Positions 1 to 7,945 of a DNA stretch of 23,244 bases are shown in pieces. This DNA is from a virus (lineage: Duplodnaviria; Heunggongvirae; Uroviricota; Caudoviricetes). The stretch covers positions 1-23,244 of the IMG/VR virus record IMGVR_UViG_3300023543_000254; one strand, written 5' to 3'. The notes beneath the pieces are model-generated. The model was not told the DNA's origin and did not search any database. It was given only the letters and a program-made list of their open reading frames with translations. Positions within the stretch are counted from its first letter, which is position 1, and each line of letters opens with the position of its first letter. The translations under genes and the position numbers were made by a program.

Positions 1-1062
1 TTCTCCCAAACCAAGGTATGTGAGAAGACCAGTTACATCCTTTCCACTCAAATTAGTCAGCGTATTGTCCAGCGGTTGTTTACCTGCCAGTGCATTAAGC
101 ATTGTCGTGGCAAAGTTCGGGTCATTCCCCAGCGCCGCCGCCAGTTCGTTCAGTGTATCCAGTGCCGCAGGTGCAGAACCCACCATTGCCGCAATCGCCG
201 ATTTCACAAATGCCGTGGTGGCAATTTGTGTATTGTTGACCGACTGTGCCGCAGTAGGTGCGGTTGGCGTTCCGGTGAGTGCCGGACTCGACAGCGGCGC
301 TTTCAGTGCCAGCGCATTGTTAATGGTGGTACTGAATTTCGGATCATTGTTAATGGCTGCGGCTATTTCTTTCAGCGTGTCCAGCGTGGCTGGCGCACCA
401 TTAATAAGAGCCGTCAGAGCCGCCTGAACAAACTCGGTGGTCGCAATCTGCGTGGTGTTATTCCCTGCTGCTGGCGTTGGCGCTTTGGGTGTCCCGGTAA
501 ACGTCGGACTTTCTTTGGGTGCATACTGTGAATGCGGGTCCGGTGCGGCAAGATGTTTTGCCATCTGATCATCCGCGTACACCTTCAGCTCCAGTGCCTT
601 GTCATCCACATACTTGCGGGTTGCTAGCACTACAGCAGGGTCGATTTTCAGGGTGATATTGTCCGTGCTGCTGGTAATCAGCACCATGCGCACGGTCTGA
701 GTGCGCCCGCTACCTTCAGCCAGTTGCGGCTTATAGCTTTCCGGGCAGTTGCCCACGGCAATCAATGCCCCGGACTCATCAAACAAGCCCACTTCACGTA
801 TCCACCAACCGCCCTCGTTTTCAGGAATCACCTGTTCGGCAATAATCTGACTGCTGTTCTGCGGGTCGATATAGAGCATATTCAGCGCAGCCCGGCGTTT
901 CTCATTTACCAGTGCAGTCTGCTTTGAGTCTGGCGTTGGCAATACTCCGCCGCCATCGCCGACCGCCATATGGGTAATTTTTAGCGGCACACCGAGCGCG
1001 GCGGCGCTGGCAAGTTTCGCCGCGCCAATATCCGTCAGCAGGGTATAAAATTTTGTGCTCAT
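1..1062 (-). CDS. H: Tail fibre protein H, N-terminal part; gene continues beyond window start
   Basis: Hand translation of minus strand from ATG at 1062-1060 gives MSTKFYTLLTDIGA..., open to position 1 in the same frame. Encodes repeated ...AAINNDPKFSTTINNALALK... motifs typical of P2 H. ATGA overlap with I stop. Not in ORF track because no stop inside window. Confidence 0.8.
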   Translation of the reverse strand, partial: MSTKFYTLLTDIGAAKLASAAALGVPLKITHMAVGDGGGVLPTPDSKQTALVNEKRRAALNMLYIDPQNSSQIIAEQVIPENEGGWWIREVGLFDESGALIAVGNCPESYKPQLAEGSGRTQTVRMVLITSSTDNITLKIDPAVVLATRKYVDDKALELKVYADDQMAKHLAAPDPHSQYAPKESPTFTGTPKAPTPAAGNNTTQIATTEFVQAALTALINGAPATLDTLKEIAAAINNDPKFSTTINNALALKAPLSSPALTGTPTAPTAAQSVNNTQIATTAFVKSAIAAMVGSAPAALDTLNELAAALGNDPNFATTMLNALAGKQPLDNTLTNLSGKDVTGLLTYLGLGE

Positions 1063-1664
1063 GGATTCACTCTCATTGTGTCAATAACATGGACCGCCCC
1101 GCCTTCATGCGCGGTGCCGCCAGAAATAATTGTTTCGGTGATATACGGATAGATCGTGATTTCTTCGCCAAGATAGCTGGCGGCCCCCACCCAATGCGGA
1201 CCGCTGGTCTGCAGATTGATGGACATGCCGATCATGTGACGGCTACATGGTTTGGCATCGCTTATCAGCCGCTCAAGTTCCAGATAGGTATCTTCAGTGA
1301 TGCCCTGGTCCTGCACGCCGATATCCAGGCGAAACGTGCCCGGTGCCTCTCCGGTCTGCCACCACTCAATAATGCGGATCAGAAAGCCGAACGGCTCCAC
1401 CACCCGCCGCACGGCACTGGTGGTTCCTTTATGCTGATGAATATAAAAAGCATCCTTCACCACCTGACGTTTGACGCTTTCTGTCCAGCCCTCGTCCCAG
1501 CGATCCACAGAGAACGCCCAAGCGAGATAAGGCAGGAAACTGACCGGACAGGTTGCCGGATTCCACAAGTCACGCAGCGGCACCTGCAGATCAGAAATCC
1601 CGCTGCAGGTTTGCGCCAGTCGGCGCTCCAGTGGCGTTGAACCCGGTGGCAGCAGACTATTCAT
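1059..1664 (-). CDS. I: Baseplate assembly protein I
   Basis: 201-aa ORF starting MNSLLPPGSTPLERRLAQ..., resembles P2 gpI as recalled; sits between J and H in conserved order; start overlaps J stop. Confidence 0.85.
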   Translation of the reverse strand: MNSLLPPGSTPLERRLAQTCSGISDLQVPLRDLWNPATCPVSFLPYLAWAFSVDRWDEGWTESVKRQVVKDAFYIHQHKGTTSAVRRVVEPFGFLIRIIEWWQTGEAPGTFRLDIGVQDQGITEDTYLELERLISDAKPCSRHMIGMSINLQTSGPHWVGAASYLGEEITIYPYITETIISGGTAHEGGAVHVIDTMRVNP

Positions 1665-2565
1665 CCGTACCCCCGTTGGTCACGCTCCACTGCGTACATG
1701 ATGCCGCCTGCGTTTTGTTCAGGACCACATCTGCCAGCGGGGAAGCCAGCTCCACACGCTGAACACCCTCAACATGCAGCGCGGCAAAAATGGCGCTACG
1801 GCGAATATCCCGACCAAGCCGCGTCTGACTGGCGATGTACCTCTGCAGGCTGGCTTTTGCCGCTGCCATTACCGGCTCTGCTTCCGGCCCCGGATAGAGA
1901 AAAATGGTGGCTTCCACGCGGTACGGGATGATTTCCGCGCTGCGAACCGTCAGACGGTCAGCCACCGGGCGGACGTTCTCACTGTTCAGGGCTTTCTCCA
2001 CCACATCCAGCAGGTCTTTTTCTGCTGTTCCGTCGCCTTCACGGCTTAGGACCGTAAGCACCACCTCTGCAGGTGCCGGACTGGTTGCACTGGCATCCGC
2101 CACCCGACCGTCGGCGCTTCGTGCATGAAACTCATAAGCGGCAGTTGGCCCAGCAACAGAAAGCCCTTCAAAGGCTGCAGGCACACGCAGGCGTAACGCT
2201 TCATCACTTTCCATCACAGCCGCAACGGGCGGTACAGCGTCATCATCAGCAGGTGTCACCGTCAGGCGTTTCACGTTGTAGTTAGCAGCGAGATGGTCAA
2301 GATCGCCGCCCATCGCGTAAGCCACCATCACAGCCTGCGCGGCTTCGTTAATGCGCTGGCGCAGAAGCAACTCACGGTAAGCGTTCTCCTGCAGCAATTT
2401 GGTGACGGGTTCAGATTCCAGTTCCAGCGTACGCATCACTGCTTCCTGCTCATCTTTCGGATGAAGCGCCACAAATTCTGCCTTGCGTTCGGCAAGCAGC
2501 GTCTCAAAGTCCGGCACATCCACAATCTGCGGCGCAGGTAACTGCGAAAGGTCAATCACTGCCAT
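1657..2565 (-). CDS. J: Baseplate assembly protein J
   Basis: ORF 1657..2604; likely ATG start at 2565 (MAVIDLSQLPAP...) matching recalled P2 gpJ N-terminus; C-terminal ...HVEGVQRVELASPLADVVLN... conserved. Confidence 0.85.
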   Translation of the reverse strand: MAVIDLSQLPAPQIVDVPDFETLLAERKAEFVALHPKDEQEAVMRTLELESEPVTKLLQENAYRELLLRQRINEAAQAVMVAYAMGGDLDHLAANYNVKRLTVTPADDDAVPPVAAVMESDEALRLRVPAAFEGLSVAGPTAAYEFHARSADGRVADASATSPAPAEVVLTVLSREGDGTAEKDLLDVVEKALNSENVRPVADRLTVRSAEIIPYRVEATIFLYPGPEAEPVMAAAKASLQRYIASQTRLGRDIRRSAIFAALHVEGVQRVELASPLADVVLNKTQAASCTQWSVTNGGTDE

Positions 2566-2911
2566 TCTCTGCTCCTGTTGATACGGAAAGGGAAACAGGC
2601 ACACCGTTATTCCGCCGCCCGGTCAGCTCCACCACCATTGAACCGTCAAAATTGCTGTTGATGGTGATGGAATCCAGCGTCAGCCGTGGCTCCCAGCGAC
2701 TCAGCGCCACATACACTGCCGACATGACCTGCAGGCGTAATGCCGGATTTTGTGGCTGATCTATCAGTGCCGACAGCAGGGAACCATATTCCCGGCGAGC
2801 AATGCGGCTACCCTGCGGTGTCAGCAGAATGTCCCGCACCGACTGGCGCAGATGGTCAATATCAGTAATGGCTTTACCGCTGGTATTGTTCATCCCGCTA
2901 TAAAGCGTCAT
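2552..2911 (-). CDS. W: Baseplate protein W (gp25-like)
   Basis: 119-aa ORF MTLYSGMNNTSGKAITDIDHLRQSVRDILLTPQGSRIARREYGSLL...; ATG overlaps V stop (ATGA); position between V and J. Confidence 0.85.
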   Translation of the reverse strand: MTLYSGMNNTSGKAITDIDHLRQSVRDILLTPQGSRIARREYGSLLSALIDQPQNPALRLQVMSAVYVALSRWEPRLTLDSITINSNFDGSMVVELTGRRNNGVPVSLSVSTGAENGSD

Positions 2912-3486
2912 ACCGGGCCTCCGGTTGTATCGCCGCCTTTCAGGACGCCAGTATGCTGATGCACATCAACCACGATCCCGTTAGAACTCATCGCACCGCC
3001 GCCCTGGGTAACGCCGCCATTGATCACTACTTCACTATTAATACGCGTGCGGTCAGCCTCCAGCACAAACTCACTGGTTTTCAGGGTGATATTGTCGGCA
3101 GCCTCAATAACCATGGATTTGATGCCCCTGACATACCAGCGCCCGGTGGCGGGTTCGTATTCAAACCAGCCACCGTCAGGATGTTCTGTCACGCAGGCGT
3201 CCGCCGACGTCGACGGTGGTGCGAACTGATTCGAATAGACAGCGGGCAGCGCAAAGGCGGTCTCCAGATTGCCGCCCAGACTCAGCAGCACCACCTGCTC
3301 ACCTTCCGATGGTCGCCACCATGTCCGGGCATTCCCGGCACGCAGGGTCAGCCAGCTGATCCAGTTGGTTTCTAAGTCGCCTGTTTTCACCCGGCAAAGC
3401 CAGTTTTCCCTGTCCACTTCCGTGACTACACCAGTGCGGATCAGGTTGGTGATAAGGCGCATGATTTCGGTTAGTTGTGCATTCAT
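2908..3486 (-). CDS. V: Baseplate spike/assembly protein V
   Basis: ORF track starts at TTG 3507; ATG at 3486 gives MNAQLTEIMRLITNLIRTGVVTEV..., which aligns with recalled P2 gpV N-terminus. No good SD upstream. Confidence 0.85.
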   Translation of the reverse strand: MNAQLTEIMRLITNLIRTGVVTEVDRENWLCRVKTGDLETNWISWLTLRAGNARTWWRPSEGEQVVLLSLGGNLETAFALPAVYSNQFAPPSTSADACVTEHPDGGWFEYEPATGRWYVRGIKSMVIEAADNITLKTSEFVLEADRTRINSEVVINGGVTQGGGAMSSNGIVVDVHQHTGVLKGGDTTGGPV

Positions 3487-3531
3487 CCTTCTATAGTTGC
3501 AAAGCAAGATTTTTTTTCATCGTTGTGGCAG

Positions 3532-3549
3532 TGTATGATTTTTGGCACA
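3532..3549. promoter_or_regulatory. TGT-N12-ACA dyad, candidate Ogr/B-type late activator site for the V operon
   Basis: Sequence tgt-atgatttttggc-aca read directly; centred about 55 nt upstream of V ATG; P2-family late promoters carry this dyad near -55 (established knowledge). Confidence 0.35.
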
Positions 3550-3562
3550 ATTGAATTCTCAT

Positions 3563-4723
3563 ATGGAGATGACTGAAATGATCTTTGCTGCACGTTACTT
3601 GGTCGAGTTGCCTTATGTCCTCAATATTCCAGATGGTGATTATGATTTTCTATATGAAAATAACCATTTACGCTTAACAGTTCACAACGATTACTATGCA
3701 CTATTTAAAGATGCAAGCTTATTCCCTCAAACCCTATTAATCGGTACCAGAGAACAACTACTACCACATCACACAAATGAAAGAGGGATAATGAAATGCC
3801 GGACTATTATTTCTCTCGCCAACTATTGGGAATGTTTTGACCTTTTAGAAATATCACATGAAGAACTAATCAACTCTATAAGAAACCAAATAAGGAAAGA
3901 AGATAACTTCCCATCTGTGGAAGATGCTGAGATGTTCCTATCCAAAATGAGCCAGCAAGATATAGATAAAAAAATAGAGTTAGAGAGAAAAATAAAAACT
4001 GCTAGAGAGATATTTCCACCTAAAAGATCAGAGGAATGTATCGGAATAATAAACCACTTTATAAAACAGTATAGAGTTGCCTTTAAAGATCAATTTGCAG
4101 ACGAGATATCTCTTTATCAAGTTGGCTCAGGATTTACCAACGGAGTGTTACAAGAGCATTATTGCGATGGTATTAAGATAAGTGCAATTCCTTTAGTTGG
4201 AGTAATCACCCCATTAATGAGAGAAAGCTGGTATAAACACGATGAAAGTCTCATTGATAATTTCAAAAAACGTTTAATGTCAAATGAATTCAATGAACAT
4301 CCTGAACTATTATTGATTAGAGCAGACAATCTTGTTCATAAAGGTGCATTTAGATCAGCCGTAATTGAAGCATCAGCAGGCCTTGAAAGCTATATTCTCA
4401 GAAAAATTATTAATGCCTTTCATCGCAATGGTATCAATGAATGCCAGACAAAAGAAACATTAAATAAAAACTGGAAGTTCGATGATAGATGTAAAAAACT
4501 ATTCAAACAACTCTTTAACATCTCTGTACCCGAAATTGCGCCACTTGAGTGGCAACATGCAAATAAAAACAGGAAAGAATTACGTGACAAAATAGCTCAT
4601 ACATCACATGAACCAACAGAGAAAGAAACAAAAGAATTTATAAAAAGCATCAATTTATTAATTGAAAAAATAGACTCATACTTTAAGAAAATTAATGAAT
4701 CTAACGAATCAAAAAATTTATGA
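3563..4723 (+). CDS. Hypothetical protein, AT-rich cargo gene between S and V (ORF30-equivalent position); candidate defence/abortive-infection gene
   Basis: Long plus-strand ORF (track 3542..4723 from TTG; first ATG 3563; ATG 3578 has GGAG 9 nt upstream) in visibly AT-rich DNA between GC-rich S and V. No motif recognised with confidence; two Rx4-6H-like strings (RKIINAFH, RDKIAH) near C-terminus. Confidence 0.6.
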   Translation: MEMTEMIFAARYLVELPYVLNIPDGDYDFLYENNHLRLTVHNDYYALFKDASLFPQTLLIGTREQLLPHHTNERGIMKCRTIISLANYWECFDLLEISHEELINSIRNQIRKEDNFPSVEDAEMFLSKMSQQDIDKKIELERKIKTAREIFPPKRSEECIGIINHFIKQYRVAFKDQFADEISLYQVGSGFTNGVLQEHYCDGIKISAIPLVGVITPLMRESWYKHDESLIDNFKKRLMSNEFNEHPELLLIRADNLVHKGAFRSAVIEASAGLESYILRKIINAFHRNGINECQTKETLNKNWKFDDRCKKLFKQLFNISVPEIAPLEWQHANKNRKELRDKIAHTSHEPTEKETKEFIKSINLLIEKIDSYFKKINESNESKNL

Positions 4724-5147
4724 TTATCTCTTCTATAATATCAAAATCAGTATCATAAATTCCAAGTAACCTACGTTTAGCATAACGTATCTGTGGCCCC
4801 TTACGGCTGACGCGATCACGCAAGCCGTAATGGTGAACACGGGCAATGCGCTGTACCTTACCTTCAAACTGCACGCTGGCAGAGTCGGCGCTGGCGGCAG
4901 TTTTCAGGTATTTTGTGGTGCGAAGTTTTGTAAACATCTGCCGTTTGATACGGCCTTTTTTACTGCGTGCTGTTACTCGCCTCGGTTCATAGCTGCTGCC
5001 ATCAGGATTGCGTTGCATCCTGATGTTCTGCTGCTGTGTCCGGCGCAGTTCCTGCGCCAGCTGGCGCATCATGCGGCTTCTGGCGGCTGGTTCCAGATTC
5101 GCCAGCAAGGCACTCAGCCAGTCGTCCACTTTCTGCAGTTCAGCCAC
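4701..5147 (-). CDS. S: Tail completion protein S
   Basis: 148-aa ORF ...RNPDGSSYEPRRVTARSKKGRIKRQMFTKLRTTKYLK...VHHYGLRDRV... typical of P2 gpS; GTG start at 5147; last ~19 codons in AT-rich DNA, overlapping the 3' end of the cargo ORF. Confidence 0.8.
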   Translation of the reverse strand: MAELQKVDDWLSALLANLEPAARSRMMRQLAQELRRTQQQNIRMQRNPDGSSYEPRRVTARSKKGRIKRQMFTKLRTTKYLKTAASADSASVQFEGKVQRIARVHHYGLRDRVSRKGPQIRYAKRRLLGIYDTDFDIIEEIIINFLIR

Positions 5148-5571
5148 GTTTCACCGTCCACATTTCTTCAGGTTCATCAGGTTCCGCTATAGCTTCAACA
5201 CTCGACACACTACCGTCAGTGCTGACCAGCACACGCTCCGTCAGTTGCAGGTTCAGGCTGATATCACAGACATCGTTGCGCAGAATATCCACCTCAAAGG
5301 TGAATAGTTTTTCCCGTAACGCCGGGTTATTGATGGCATCGGGCTGGTTATCCCTCAGCCACAGCAAAACCGGGGCCATCAGCAGATTCTGGTCGCCGCT
5401 GAAATCCTCAATCACCGCGTTCAGGGTGTAACGGTACTCCCACGACATGGAGCTGGCCCCCGTGGCAACCAGCGAACCGTTATCCACAAACAGATGCAGT
5501 TTGTCCGGGTTATTGCGGACATAAGGCACCGCTTTATTGAGGGCGTGGCGCAGGGATTGTGGTTTGTTCAC
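5140..5571 (-). CDS. R: Tail completion protein R
   Basis: ORF 5140..5592 (TTG); GTG at 5571 with AGGAG 7 nt upstream gives VNKPQSLRHALNKAV..., aligning with recalled P2 gpR start. Confidence 0.8.
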   Translation of the reverse strand: MNKPQSLRHALNKAVPYVRNNPDKLHLFVDNGSLVATGASSMSWEYRYTLNAVIEDFSGDQNLLMAPVLLWLRDNQPDAINNPALREKLFTFEVDILRNDVCDISLNLQLTERVLVSTDGSVSSVEAIAEPDEPEEMWTVKRG

Positions 5572-5824
5572 TGTTTCGCTCCTGACACGCAATAATCATG
5601 TCCACTTTGTCTGCACAGACCGCCCAGGCGGCCTCCGTTTCATCCAGCAACGCGTTCAGATCACCGTTAGTGCGCGGCGCTGCCTGATCCAGCCAACACG
5701 GCGTCACTCGCGGACAACCACTGACGGTAAGCTGCACCTCCGGTGAGCGTCGGACGTTCCCGCAGCCGGATAATGTCAGCAGGCAAAGGAGTATCAGCCC
5801 AGCGGCGTAAATCCTCGTTCTCAC
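5534..5824 (-). CDS. lysC: LysC, Rz1-like outer-membrane spanin lipoprotein
   Basis: 96-aa ORF with lipobox LTLSGC after a hydrophobic leader; begins inside lysB in another frame and extends past it, as in P2 lysB/lysC; GTG start with GAGGA upstream. Confidence 0.75.
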   Translation of the reverse strand: MRTRIYAAGLILLCLLTLSGCGNVRRSPEVQLTVSGCPRVTPCWLDQAAPRTNGDLNALLDETEAAWAVCADKVDMIIACQERNSEQTTIPAPRPQ

Positions 5825-6095
5825 GTTTCAGTTCCTCGATCCGGTGTTGTCGTTGTCTCAGCAGCGCGCTGGTCTGTTCTGCTTCGGCATAGAGCCGCGC
5901 CTGCTCCCGGTTATTGGTTTCAGTCAGAATGGACAGGCTGATAAGCTGGCTGTTGCTCTTTGCCAGTGCCTGGCTTTTGCTCTGCAGCTCGTCTGCCTGC
6001 GTGCTAATGGTCTGGCTGGCATCAGCCAGCCGCCACGTCTGCCAGCCCAGCGCCGCCAGTAATAACGCCAGCACAACCAGCAGCAACCGGTTCAT
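5667..6095 (-). CDS. lysB: LysB, Rz-like inner-membrane spanin
   Basis: 142-aa ORF with N-terminal TM helix (MNRLLLVVLALLLAALGW) and coiled-coil-like remainder; ATGA overlap with lysA stop. Confidence 0.8.
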   Translation of the reverse strand: MNRLLLVVLALLLAALGWQTWRLADASQTISTQADELQSKSQALAKSNSQLISLSILTETNNREQARLYAEAEQTSALLRQRQHRIEELKRENEDLRRWADTPLPADIIRLRERPTLTGGAAYRQWLSASDAVLAGSGSAAH

Positions 6096-6469
6096 GCTGC
6101 TACCTGTTGCGCCATCTGGTTACGGGTGATCCAGAAGGCAATAACGGTCAGTAGATAAAAGACCAGGGTAATAGCCCACCCCGTCCAGGCGAGACTTACA
6201 ACAATCAGCAATCGCATCACCCAACTGATAAATACGTTTTCTTTTCGGGTAATTGTCTTCAGTAAAGATGCCCTTAACTCCTGCCAGAGCGGGCCATTCT
6301 TAATTAACGCAGCCAGTGCTACCGGAATTACCGCCCATGTCAGCAAACAGGCTACCCAAACGCCGGACGCTGCCAGTACCGGAAAAATCCCCTGCGGATA
6401 CACCATTGCTGCGATTAACAGCGCCATCCATAACATCAGAAACAGTCCGCTGATTACTTTCTTTTTCAT
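6092..6469 (-). CDS. lysA: LysA-like membrane protein (lysis timing)
   Basis: ORF 6092..6541; ATG at 6469 (MKKKVISGLFLMLWMALLIAAMV...) with GGGAG upstream; multiple TM segments; start overlaps endolysin stop. Confidence 0.7.
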   Translation of the reverse strand: MKKKVISGLFLMLWMALLIAAMVYPQGIFPVLAASGVWVACLLTWAVIPVALAALIKNGPLWQELRASLLKTITRKENVFISWVMRLLIVVSLAWTGWAITLVFYLLTVIAFWITRNQMAQQVAA

Positions 6470-6470
6470 T

Positions 6471-6983
6471 TCAGTTTGCTCCCTGTAAACACCAGGCCAT
6501 CTCCCGCGCACGGCGGTTATCCAGCCCCTGATTAAACACACCTTTTACATAAACCCAGCGCTGCAACTGTCGGCACGCATCCGCCCAGCGCCGCTGATTG
6601 AGCAATTTCACCAGCGTGGAGCTGCAGGCATTGCCCGTCCCCACGTTGAAGGCAAACGACACCGCAGCGTCATACACCTTCTGCGGTGGCTGTTGCTTCA
6701 CACACCTTTCCAGTGCCCGCTCCACACGCAGCACGTTGGAGATCAGCCCTTCTGCTGCCTGTCGTTCCGTGATTGTTTTGCCGGGAATAACGCCCGATGT
6801 ATTACCAATGCCGTCGGTCCAGACACCCGCGCTGCACTGATACGGCTGCAGACGACAGCCTTCGTAATCAGCAATCAGTTTCAGCCCCTCCACGGAGGTG
6901 TGAAGCTGCTGAAAACCCGGCAGCGTGGCAGCAATAGCCAGCACGGCCCCGACAAGGCAGCGTTTAACGATTGATGGATTCAT
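6471..6983 (-). CDS. Endolysin, lysozyme-like with N-terminal signal-anchor-release (SAR) segment
   Basis: 170-aa ORF; hydrophobic N-terminus (LVGAVLAIAATLPG) followed by E...D...T catalytic spacing as in T4/P21-type lysozymes (VEGLKLIADYEG...GVWTDGIGNT); GGGAGG RBS. Confidence 0.85.
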   Translation of the reverse strand: MNPSIVKRCLVGAVLAIAATLPGFQQLHTSVEGLKLIADYEGCRLQPYQCSAGVWTDGIGNTSGVIPGKTITERQAAEGLISNVLRVERALERCVKQQPPQKVYDAAVSFAFNVGTGNACSSTLVKLLNQRRWADACRQLQRWVYVKGVFNQGLDNRRAREMAWCLQGAN

Positions 6984-7179
6984 AGTCCTCCCGCGAGATC
7001 TGCCCGTCGCGCAGAAGCTGGTAGGCTTTGTGTTTGTAGTACCAGTTGATAGCCAGCATCAGCACACCAATCATCAGGCCGCCCAGCGTTGAGGCATCCT
7101 TGATGGACAAATCGCCCAGCCAGGCCAGCACGACGGCGATGCAATACGTGATAAAGGCGCTGATTCGCTCAAGCGTCAT
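6964..7179 (-). CDS. Holin, 71 aa with two TM helices (pinholin-like)
   Basis: Small ORF with two hydrophobic helices and charged C-terminus, immediately upstream of and overlapping the endolysin; occupies the P2 gene Y position. Confidence 0.7.
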   Translation of the reverse strand: MTLERISAFITYCIAVVLAWLGDLSIKDASTLGGLMIGVLMLAINWYYKHKAYQLLRDGQISREDYESINR

Positions 7180-7182
7180 AAT

Positions 7183-7386
7183 TCAGTCCCATAGCTGGAC
7201 GGTCTGCACGGTGGTGGTGGTCGGAATGTCCGGCAGCTCCACCTGCAGCCCGTGAGGTAAAAAGGGGCCGTATTCGGCAAGCCCCGGATTTGCCTTCAGT
7301 ACCTGCTCCGTGACACCCTGCGTGCGCCCGTAATGACGCCAGCAAAGCGCGTCCACCGTGTCATACTGATGCACACGCACTTTCAT
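7183..7386 (-). CDS. X: Tail protein X
   Basis: 67-aa ORF, same size and position as P2 gpX; start shares a nucleotide with L stop (TGATG). Confidence 0.8.
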   Translation of the reverse strand: MKVRVHQYDTVDALCWRHYGRTQGVTEQVLKANPGLAEYGPFLPHGLQVELPDIPTTTTVQTVQLWD

Positions 7387-7850
7387 CAGATAAGCTCCAC
7401 TGTGCAGTGCGGCGCATCCTGCACCCGGCTGATGGCCCAGCGGGCGTCACGCCACAAATCACCGCTTGCTTCCGCCAGTTCCTCGCCCCGCTTCACACCG
7501 GACGCCGTGGCGTCATAGTCCTGGTAACGTTCGTTGAGCATGGCGCGTGCCCAGCAGTAAACCGCGTTGAAATAGTGCTGAATGCGCTCACTTTTGCTGT
7601 CCAGCTGTTCCGCCGGAACCTCTGCCAGCGAGGCATACCCCAGCATCTGCTGGCGTCTGCGAAACTCATACAGCTCTGCGTTGACCTCCGAAATTGCCGA
7701 CAGCGCAACCTGCTTTAAACGCGGCTGCGTCACCGTGCCGTCAGTGCGCATCACGCTGCGAAACTCCGACAGGTCCACATCAGGCCAGAACGGCGTATTC
7801 CTGATGATTTCCGCCTGTTCCGGTGCCTGTTCTGGCGCAACAAACTTCAT
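7386..7850 (-). CDS. L: Head completion/stabilisation protein L
   Basis: ORF 7386..7913; ATG at 7850 (MKFVAPEQAPEQ...) preceded by AGGAGA; size about 155 aa, consistent with P2 gpL. Confidence 0.85.
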   Translation of the reverse strand: MKFVAPEQAPEQAEIIRNTPFWPDVDLSEFRSVMRTDGTVTQPRLKQVALSAISEVNAELYEFRRRQQMLGYASLAEVPAEQLDSKSERIQHYFNAVYCWARAMLNERYQDYDATASGVKRGEELAEASGDLWRDARWAISRVQDAPHCTVELI

Positions 7851-7945
7851 GCTGCTTTCTCCTGAAATAGAGGGCGGTGGACGGGGTTTTGATGTGGCAG
7901 TGCCTTTCGCCACCCCGTGCCGCCCGTGCGCGGGGGCACGTTCTG

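Noticed and set aside
20-531. Plus-strand ORFs 20..427 and 76..531 (Ala/Ser- and Cys/Arg-rich)
   Set aside because: They are antisense to the tail fibre gene H, whose minus-strand frame is open across the whole interval and encodes recognisable fibre repeats; their composition is typical of antisense shadow ORFs.
1053-1640. Plus-strand 195-aa ORF
   Set aside because: Fully antisense to baseplate gene I, which has conserved order and coupling with J and H.
3542-3562. TTG-initiated N-terminal extension of the cargo ORF (MAQLNSH)
   Set aside because: No SD upstream; downstream ATGs (3563, 3578) are more plausible starts, 3578 having GGAG at suitable spacing. The true start remains uncertain.
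7851-7945. GC-rich imperfect inverted repeats in the M-L intergenic spacer
   Set aside because: On the transcribed (minus) strand the best stem has a mismatch and no following U-run, so I could not support a terminator; it may be an RNA structure or a regulatory site, but the evidence is insufficient.
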